The notes under the pieces: model-generated
What the model was told of the DNA's origin: nothing
Database searches by the model: none
The model's input: the letters and a program-made list of their open reading frames with translations, nothing else
Position numbers and translations under genes: made by a program
Assembly: GCA_028684255.1 (NCBI GenBank)
Contig: JAQUGJ010000002.1
Coordinates: 1 to 36,274, forward strand
Direction of reading: 5' to 3'
DNA: 36,274 nt
Source: Bacilli bacterium
Lineage (GTDB): Bacteria > Bacillota_I > Bacilli_A > RF39 > UBA660
Shown: one piece after another, positions 1 to 6,593 of the stretch
Numbering within the stretch: the first letter of the stretch is position 1
Layout of the letters: each line of letters opens with the position of its first letter

Positions 1-22
1 CTACACGACGCTCTTCCGATCT
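1..22. other. Illumina TruSeq adapter / read-1 primer tail (CTACACGACGCTCTTCCGATCT); non-biological contig-end artefact
   Basis: Exact match to the 3' 22 nt of the TruSeq universal adapter ACACTCTTTCCCTACACGACGCTCTTCCGATCT. It is far more GC-rich than the rest of the window. Confidence 0.95.
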
Positions 23-261
23 CAGATAGATCTAAATTTTCAATTATTGAAGATGTAAAAAAATATGCTAAAGAAAAAGGTTATAAATCTATTGATATCG
101 ATGGTATTCGTGTTGAATGGGAAGATTCTTGGGCTTTAGTAAGAGCTTCTAATACTGGACCGCATATTACAATGAGGTTTGAAGCGACAACTATAGAAAG
201 ATTAGAAGAAGTTAAAGAAGAATTCACTTTGCTTTTAGATAAATTAAAGGTAAGTTATTAA
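23..261 (+). CDS. Phosphomannomutase/phosphoglucomutase (alpha-D-phosphohexomutase) C-terminal fragment; 5' end off-window
   Basis: Frame-1 translation reads ...IDGIRVEWEDSWALVRASNTGPHITMRFEATTIERLEEVKEEF...KVSY*. This is the typical domain-4 motif (RxSNTxP, then xRFEA) of AlgC/ManB-type PMM/PGM. Stop TAA at 259-261. Confidence 0.8.
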
Positions 262-288
262 AAAGGAACAAATAGTTCTTTTTTTTTG
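262..288 (+). terminator. Weak rho-independent terminator after the PMM/PGM gene
   Basis: AAAGGAAC (262-269) pairs with GTTCTTTT (275-282), including one G-U pair, around a 5-nt loop. A T-run follows. Confidence 0.45.
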
Positions 289-319
289 TTTTATTAATAG
301 TTTTAAATAGGTGATATAG

Positions 320-463
320 TTGGACAAAGAAAAATTAGAAATCCAATTAATTTTGAATAGAGATTTATATAAAAAAAACATTATAGATATTAATATGTAC
401 AATTTTATATCAAATAAGTTATTACTGATGATAAAGGATAATCATGAATCTTTATCAAATTAG
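320..463 (+). CDS. Small ORF (47 aa, TTG start), hypothetical; candidate recombination directionality factor
   Basis: AGGTGA RBS sits 5 nt before TTG at 320. Translation is MDKEKLEIQLILNRDLYKKNIIDINMYNFISNKLLLMIKDNHESLSN*. It overlaps the recombinase start by 20 nt and is below the ORF-track length cut-off. No recognisable domain. Confidence 0.35.
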   Translation: MDKEKLEIQLILNRDLYKKNIIDINMYNFISNKLLLMIKDNHESLSN

Positions 464-2036
464 AAATAAGATGTTATCGGGTACTTCTATTCAAGATATG
501 AAGTTAAAAGTAACTTTCTATGCCAGGGTTTCTACTGATAAAGATGAACAAATACATTCTTTAGAGTCTCAAGTAAGTTATTTTGAGGATTATATTAAAA
601 AAAATTCTAATTGGTCTTTTATTTCTGGATATATAGATGAAGGAATAAGTGGTACTTCAATAAAAAAACGAGAAAATTTTATTCAAATGATTAAAGATGC
701 TAAAGATAATAAATTTGATTTAATATTAACTAAAGAAATATCCAGATTTTCAAGAAATACAATCGATAGTATTAAATATACCCAAGATTTATTACAATAT
801 GGTGTTGGGGTTTATTTTTTAAATGACAATATTAATACTATTCTTCCTGATAGTGAATTAAGGTTAACTATAATGGCTAGTGTTGCCCAAGATGAAGTTA
901 GAAAGTTATCGGAAAGGGTTTCTTTTGGAATGAAGAGATCGATTGAAAATGGTGTTGTTTTAGGATGTTCTAATATCTATGGTTATACTAAATCAAAAGG
1001 TAAGTTAATAATTGATGAAAATCAAGCTGAAATGATTAGATTTATCTATGATAATTATGCGAATACTTCAATTTCTTTATCATCTTTATCAAAGCTATTG
1101 TTTAAAAAAAATTACTTAAATACTAAAGGAAATAAAATTGATATAATGGTGATTCAAAGGATAATTGCAAATCCTAAATACAAAGGTTACTACTGTGGAC
1201 ATAAGACTAAAATAGTTGATTATAGAACTAAATTAAAACAAAAATTAAATCAATCAGATTGGAAAGTATATAAAGATTTTGAAAATGTGCCACCTTTAGT
1301 AAGTGAGGAATTATGGGAGCGTGCTAATGAAAAGTTAAAAAAAATTAAAGCTTCTTTTAGAAACCGCAATCAAGATACTAAGGTATTTCAGAATAGATAT
1401 ACTTACAGTGGTAAAATATTTTGCAAGACCCATGATTCCTCTTACCATCGTAGTAGTTCAGGTGCTAGATTAAAAAATCCGGCTTGGGAATGTTCAATTT
1501 ACCGTAAAAAAGGTATTAAAGGATGTTCTAATTCAAAGTTGTTTGAGTATCAATTAGATAAATTTTTTAACGATTTAATTAATATTGATAATGAAATAAT
1601 CTCTAATTTATTAGATTATTATAAACTATATTTAGATAAAAATGATTTAAATATTTCTAAAAAAATAAGTAATTTAGATATGAAAAAAAATAAGTTATTA
1701 GATCTATATATTGAATCTAAAATATCAAAAAAAGATTTTTTAATAAAAAAAGAAGAGTTAGAACTTGAAGTTAAAGAAAATATTAATAAAGAAAAATCAA
1801 TTAATAAATTAGATATAATTAAAAGTGAATTAATTAAAAGTAGTCATTCATGCTTTAATGAAATATTTAATTCTTTAATAGATAAAATAATAGTTGAGCG
1901 TGAAGATTCTAAAGCTAAATTAGAGATTAAATTTAAATCAAATAAAGTTATATATGCTATAAGTGATAAAAAGGGTCATAACTTTCATTTAACTGATTAC
2001 TATACAACAAATAACAGCAGTAAGTGCAGCAATTAA
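444..2036 (+). CDS. Large serine recombinase (resolvase catalytic domain, recombinase domain, zinc ribbon and coiled coil)
   Basis: N-terminal FYARVSTDKDEQ..SLESQ (catalytic Ser) and DLILTKEISRFSRN, MASVAQDEVRKLSERV. The middle part is a recombinase domain (GYTKSKGKLIIDENQAEMIRFIY). A Cys/His ribbon follows (FCKTHDSSYH...WECSIYRKKGIKGC), then a Lys/Glu-rich coiled coil. AAGGA RBS lies 5 nt upstream of the ATG. Confidence 0.9.
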   Translation: MNLYQIRNKMLSGTSIQDMKLKVTFYARVSTDKDEQIHSLESQVSYFEDYIKKNSNWSFISGYIDEGISGTSIKKRENFIQMIKDAKDNKFDLILTKEISRFSRNTIDSIKYTQDLLQYGVGVYFLNDNINTILPDSELRLTIMASVAQDEVRKLSERVSFGMKRSIENGVVLGCSNIYGYTKSKGKLIIDENQAEMIRFIYDNYANTSISLSSLSKLLFKKNYLNTKGNKIDIMVIQRIIANPKYKGYYCGHKTKIVDYRTKLKQKLNQSDWKVYKDFENVPPLVSEELWERANEKLKKIKASFRNRNQDTKVFQNRYTYSGKIFCKTHDSSYHRSSSGARLKNPAWECSIYRKKGIKGCSNSKLFEYQLDKFFNDLINIDNEIISNLLDYYKLYLDKNDLNISKKISNLDMKKNKLLDLYIESKISKKDFLIKKEELELEVKENINKEKSINKLDIIKSELIKSSHSCFNEIFNSLIDKIIVEREDSKAKLEIKFKSNKVIYAISDKKGHNFHLTDYYTTNNSSKCSN

Positions 2037-2667
2037 TGGTGGTGTCTTATATCAACCATATATAGTTAAAAGTTTAAATGAACCAGAAACTAATAGTGTG
2101 ATTTTAGAAAATAGTCCTAAAGTAGTTAGAAAGGTTATTAGTGAAGATACTAGTTTAAAAGTAAGAGATGCCTTAGAAAAAGTTGTTTCATATGGGACTG
2201 GAAGAAATGCGTTTATCGATGGATATAGAGTAGGCGGTAAGACAGGTACTGCTCAAAAGGTTTTAAATGGTAGATATATGGTAGGAAACTATATTACTTC
2301 TTTTATTGGTTTCTTACCAGCAGATAATCCTGAAGTTGTTGTTTATATCGCTATTGATAATGCTAAAGGTGTTACACAATATGGAGGAACAATAGCAGCG
2401 CCTATTGCCCGTCAAATATTACTAGATAGTATAAATGCTTTAGAAATAGAAAGAAGAAAAGATGGTCTTGAAAAAAAATATAATTATTTTGACCGTAAAT
2501 ATGCTGTTATTCCTAATGTTGTTGGATTAAAACCTAAAGAGGCAGTAAAAGAATTAAAAAAATTTAAAGTTGAGTTTTCTGGTAAGGGTGAGAAAGTAAT
2601 CCATCAATCACCAACACCTGGTTTAAATATCTATGAAGGTGAAATTGTCAGATTAATGCTCAACTAA
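1993..2667 (+). pseudogene. 3' segment of a split class-B penicillin-binding protein gene (SpoVD/PBP2B/FtsI-like; KTG box and one PASTA domain only)
   Basis: Frame-1 translation from 1993 reads LITIQQITAVSAAINGGVLYQPYIVK...GTGRNAFIDGYRVGGKTGTAQK...FIGFLPADNPEVVVYIAIDN...GGTIAAPIA, followed by a PASTA-like C-terminus (VIPNVVGLKPKEAVKELKK...). An in-frame TAA at 1990-1992 closes the frame upstream. There is no RBS or credible start. The TM anchor, SxxK motif and SxN motif are all missing. Confidence 0.85.
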
Positions 2668-2675
2668 TTGTAAAT

Positions 2676-2706
2676 AAGCAAGACTTAATTTGTCTTGCTT
2701 TTGTTT
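2676..2706 (+). terminator. Rho-independent terminator after the PBP fragment
   Basis: Perfect 9-bp stem AAGCAAGAC (2676-2684) / GTCTTGCTT (2692-2700) with a 7-nt loop, followed by TTGTTT. Confidence 0.8.
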
Positions 2707-2751
2707 ACAAATGGTAATATATTAGATATAATTAAGAAGGTAGGTGAAGAT

Positions 2752-3912
2752 ATGTTTAGGAAAACATACATAGAGATCGATTTAGATGTTATTAAAGACA
2801 ATGTTTCTAATATCATTAACAAATACAATGATTATGATTATTATTTTGGTGTTGTTAAAGGTAATGCTTATGGACATGGTATAGAAGTAATAGGACCTAT
2901 GATTGAATCTGGTATTAATTATTTAGCAGTTTCTAATTTAGATGAGGCAATCGAAGTTAGAAATAGTTATCAAAATATCCCGATTCTTTGTTTAGAACCA
3001 ATTGATTTAGAGTATATAGATGAATGTATTTTAAATAACATTGCAATAACTATTAGTAGTTATCAATATTTTAAAGAATTAAAAAAATTAGATAAAAAAG
3101 GATTAAAGGTTCATTTAAAGATAGATACTGGTATGAATCGTATAGGAATTGATGACTCTAAAAAAATTGAAGAGATTTATTATAATTTAATTGATAATAA
3201 AAAAATTGAGTTAGAAGGAATTTTCTCTCATTTTGCGACCCCAGGACTATATGACGTTAGATGGAATGAACAAGTTGATAAATTTAGAAAATTAACTCAA
3301 AACATCGATTTAAATAAGGTTCCAATTGTTCATATGGGTAGTAGTAATTCGATTGTAATACATCCTAAAATAGACTTTTGTAATGGTGTTAGATTGGGAA
3401 TTTTAATGTATGGAGTTTCACCTCGTAAGTTAAATTTTAAAGGTTTTAAAGGATATCTTAGAAAATTAAAATATACTCATTTATGGAAGAAAAATAACAT
3501 TCAAATTGCACCTGATTTTGATATAGATGTCAAAGATGCATTTTCTTATATAACTGAGGTTATGGAAATAAAAAATATTAAAAAAGGGAGTTTTATTGGA
3601 TATGGTAATAACTATCAAGCAGAAGAAGATATGTTAATAGCGGTTTTACCAGTTGGTTATGCTGATGGTATAAATCTTAATAATACTTTGAGAATGGTGG
3701 TTATAAACGATAAAAAATATCAAATTGTCGGTGATGTTAGTATGGGTATGATAACGGTTAAAATCGACGAAGATGTACATTTAAAGGACAAGGTATATTT
3801 AATAGGCAATGGTATTAGAATAAGGGATGTCGCTAGTTATATAAAGTGTACTCCACATTATGTTGTTACTAGTATTCCATCATCAGTACCAAGGATATAT
3901 AGAAAGAGGTAA
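2752..3912 (+). CDS. alr: PLP-dependent alanine-racemase-family amino-acid racemase
   Basis: VVKGNAYGHG (PLP-binding Lys), HLKIDTGMNRIG, FSHFA, PVGYADG and the GYGNNY region. The start is moved to ATG 2752 (RBS AAGGTAGGTGA) because the ORF-track extension from 2695 overlaps the upstream terminator. A basic insertion of about 25 aa (KLNFKGFKGYLRKLKYTHLWKKNN...) follows the YGVSP motif, compared with canonical Alr. Confidence 0.8.
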   Translation: MFRKTYIEIDLDVIKDNVSNIINKYNDYDYYFGVVKGNAYGHGIEVIGPMIESGINYLAVSNLDEAIEVRNSYQNIPILCLEPIDLEYIDECILNNIAITISSYQYFKELKKLDKKGLKVHLKIDTGMNRIGIDDSKKIEEIYYNLIDNKKIELEGIFSHFATPGLYDVRWNEQVDKFRKLTQNIDLNKVPIVHMGSSNSIVIHPKIDFCNGVRLGILMYGVSPRKLNFKGFKGYLRKLKYTHLWKKNNIQIAPDFDIDVKDAFSYITEVMEIKNIKKGSFIGYGNNYQAEEDMLIAVLPVGYADGINLNNTLRMVVINDKKYQIVGDVSMGMITVKIDEDVHLKDKVYLIGNGIRIRDVASYIKCTPHYVVTSIPSSVPRIYRKR

Positions 3913-3914
3913 GT

Positions 3915-5132
3915 ATGGATTTTGAAATAGTTTTAATAGGAACGGATATTAATAGTTATTATATGGCTAGAAATACACATGAAGCTTATAATAAAAAAGC
4001 TTATGTAATTGGTAAGGAACCGATGAAGTTTACTAGTTATAGTAAGATAATTAATCTACAAATAGAACCAAGATTACATGAAAAAGAAGTGTTTATTCGT
4101 GTGTTAGAAGATTTTGCACTAAAACATCAAGATAAAAAATTAATTTTGATTCCTACTAATGATAATTATGTTAGATTAATAATTGAAAATAAAGAATTTT
4201 TCAAAAAATATTATTTATTTAATGATATAAGTGAAGAGTTAATGAATAGTTTATTAGTTAAAGATAAATTTTATGAAGTGTATGAAGACTCTTCAATTGA
4301 TTTACCAGAAACTTATATATACAATATCAATGATGAGTTAGATTTAAAACGTGTTTCAAAGTTAGGACTTCCAATTATAGTGAAACCTGGTGATGGAGTT
4401 AGTTATCATCATCATGAGTTTGAAAATCAAGCTAAGGTTTATAAATTAAAAAGTGTCGAAGAATTGATATCAGTTGTTAAACAAATAAAAGATTCTAAAT
4501 ATAACGGTACTTTGATTTTACAAAAATTTATATCTGGGGATGATAGTTATTTATGTGATGTTATATTTTATTGTGACCATACAAGAAAATGTAAGTTGAT
4601 GACTTTTGCCCAAATAGGATTACAAGAGCGCACTATAACAGGTGTAGGTAATTGTACTGTTTTAGTTAATGGCTATTGTAATTTAGGTCCTTATGGTAAA
4701 ACAGTAGAACAGTTAAGAGAATTTATAGATACACTAGATTATCAAGGTTTTGCAGAGATTGACTTAAAATATGATGAAGACGATCAAAAGTTTAAGGTTT
4801 TAGAAATTAATCCACGCCAAGCTAGATCAAGTTATTATTTGACACCTTGTGGTTATAATATTGTAAAGTATATTGTAAATGATTTGTTGTATAAAAAAGA
4901 GTTAGAATTTGAATTTATTGATCAAGAGGTATGTTTATCTTTTGTACCTAAGAAAGTAATCGATGATTATGTTTTAAATCGTGGCCTTAAAGATAAAATA
5001 AATGAGTTAATAAAACAAAAAAGATTTTATGATCCACTTGATTATTCAAAAGATAATTTGTTAAAAAGGAAGCTTTGGCTTTCTTTAAGAAAGTTAAATT
5101 ATATTAAAAAGTATAAAGAAAATAATTGGTAG
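3915..5132 (+). CDS. ATP-grasp carboxylate-amine ligase, D-aspartate-ligase (Asl)-like
   Basis: The N-terminus IVLIGTDINSYYMARNTHEAYNKKAYVIG matches the signature I recall for the Asl/carboxylate-amine ligase family. There is a central ATP-grasp core (IIVKPGDGVS, LILQKFISG, EINPR). The start is 2 nt after the racemase stop. Confidence 0.6.
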   Translation: MDFEIVLIGTDINSYYMARNTHEAYNKKAYVIGKEPMKFTSYSKIINLQIEPRLHEKEVFIRVLEDFALKHQDKKLILIPTNDNYVRLIIENKEFFKKYYLFNDISEELMNSLLVKDKFYEVYEDSSIDLPETYIYNINDELDLKRVSKLGLPIIVKPGDGVSYHHHEFENQAKVYKLKSVEELISVVKQIKDSKYNGTLILQKFISGDDSYLCDVIFYCDHTRKCKLMTFAQIGLQERTITGVGNCTVLVNGYCNLGPYGKTVEQLREFIDTLDYQGFAEIDLKYDEDDQKFKVLEINPRQARSSYYLTPCGYNIVKYIVNDLLYKKELEFEFIDQEVCLSFVPKKVIDDYVLNRGLKDKINELIKQKRFYDPLDYSKDNLLKRKLWLSLRKLNYIKKYKENNW

Positions 5133-5141
5133 AGGTGAATT

Positions 5142-6545
5142 ATGAATCAAAAAAAAGAACTTCTAAAGAATACCTTTATGATTGCTTTTGGAAAAAGTAG
5201 TACTCAAGTAATCAGTTTTCTTTTATTACCATTATATACATCGATTTTATCGACATCGGAATATGGAGATTATGATTTACTTAATACTTTATCAATTTTC
5301 ATTATCCCTTTTATAACTTTATTGATTGAAGAAGCAATGTTTAGATTTTTAATCGATGCTAAAAATGATGAAGAAAAAAGTGAAGTTATTAGTCACGCGG
5401 TGATTGTGACTTTAACTAATATGGTTATAGGTGCAGGGGTTATATATCTATGTGGTACTATTTTTAATTATCCATATACCGTTTATTTAATTTTTTTTGT
5501 TTTAGCGAGTATATTAAGTACTTTAGCAGGGTCTTGTTCAAGAGGACAGGGAGATTATAAACTGTATTCAATATTTGCGTCTTTATCTAGTTTATTTACA
5601 GTAATATTGAATGTTGTTTTTATTGCAATTTTAAAATGGGGAGTAGTTAGTTTATTTTTAGCATATATAATAGCGAATGCATCTGTATCTATTTGGCTTT
5701 TATTAAAGATGAATGTTCATAAATTGCTTTCTTTTAAAAAGATAAATAAGAGCAAATTAAAAGAGATGTTAAAGTACTCAATTCCATTAGTACCCAATAG
5801 TGTCTCTTGGATTATTATTAATTTATCAGATAGGTTAATTATTGTAACTTTTATTAATACAGCTGCTAATGGTATATATGCGATTTCTAATAAGTTTTCT
5901 ACTATTATAAATACTTTTTATTCGTTTTTTTATATGGCTTGGAAGGAATCTGCTTCTAAGGTTTTTGATAAGGAAGATAAGGATAAATTTTATAATAATA
6001 TTTATATTAATTTAAAACATTTGTTGATGGCTGTAAGTATCGGTATGTTAGCATATTTACCTTTTGTGTTTCCTGTTTTAGTTAATAAGGAATACTACGA
6101 TGCTTATCAATATATTCCAATCTTAATTTTAGCAGTTTATTTTAATAATATTTCTAGTTATTGTGGTGGCATTTTTGCAGCCTATAAGGATACTAATACG
6201 ATGGGATTAAGTACTCTTATAGCAGCTATTATCAATATATTAGTCAATATTTCATTAGTTAAACATATTGGTTTATATGCAGCGGTTATTTCTACTTTAT
6301 TGGCTACTTATGCTGTATATCTTTACCGCATTAAAAAGATGAAAAAATTTTTAATTTTAGATAAAGATAAGTATGGTTTAATAAGTGGTTTAATATTTGG
6401 ATTTTTACTACTTACTTATTACTCTGATAATTTAATAATGTATATAGTTGGGGTACTAGTTGGAACTATATATCCATTTTATTTAAACCTCAATATTGTT
6501 AAAGCAATATTAAATAAGGTGTTTAAAAAAAGGGTTAGTCAATAA
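5142..6545 (+). CDS. MOP-superfamily flippase (Wzx/MurJ/SpoVB-like polysaccharide or lipid-linked precursor transporter)
   Basis: 467 aa and multi-TM throughout, with a typical N-terminus (KNTFMIAFGKSSTQVISFLLLPLYT) and the LVPNSVSW motif region. GAGGTGA RBS. Confidence 0.75.
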   Translation: MNQKKELLKNTFMIAFGKSSTQVISFLLLPLYTSILSTSEYGDYDLLNTLSIFIIPFITLLIEEAMFRFLIDAKNDEEKSEVISHAVIVTLTNMVIGAGVIYLCGTIFNYPYTVYLIFFVLASILSTLAGSCSRGQGDYKLYSIFASLSSLFTVILNVVFIAILKWGVVSLFLAYIIANASVSIWLLLKMNVHKLLSFKKINKSKLKEMLKYSIPLVPNSVSWIIINLSDRLIIVTFINTAANGIYAISNKFSTIINTFYSFFYMAWKESASKVFDKEDKDKFYNNIYINLKHLLMAVSIGMLAYLPFVFPVLVNKEYYDAYQYIPILILAVYFNNISSYCGGIFAAYKDTNTMGLSTLIAAIINILVNISLVKHIGLYAAVISTLLATYAVYLYRIKKMKKFLILDKDKYGLISGLIFGFLLLTYYSDNLIMYIVGVLVGTIYPFYLNLNIVKAILNKVFKKRVSQ

Positions 6546-6593
6546 TTAATTAAATATTTAATTATGTTAAAATTATAAAATAGGAGTGATAGT

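Larger units (their letters stand above)
23..1998 (+). mobile_element. Right-hand end of an integrated element (prophage, ICE or intervening element); the left part lies off-window
   Basis: A large serine recombinase gene is transcribed toward, and overlaps, the point where SpoVD/PBP2B homology begins abruptly (about 1993-2003). The 5' two-thirds of the PBP gene is absent from the window. Confidence 0.55.

Noticed and set aside
23-261. Treating the PMM/PGM fragment as part of the capsule locus.
   Set aside because: It is separated from the capsule genes by 12 kb of cell-wall genes and lies on the element side of the recombinase/PBP junction. Whether it is element cargo cannot be decided from this window.
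2098-2667. The ORF-track call of a stand-alone 189-aa protein starting at GTG 2098.
   Set aside because: PBP homology continues uninterrupted for 33 codons upstream of 2098, and there is no RBS. It is the distal part of a truncated PBP gene, not an independent PASTA protein.
2695-2751. The 19-codon N-terminal extension of the racemase ORF (MLLFTNGNILDIIKKVGED).
   Set aside because: It begins inside the 3' arm of the PBP terminator hairpin. ATG 2752 has a proper RBS and yields the normal Alr N-terminus.
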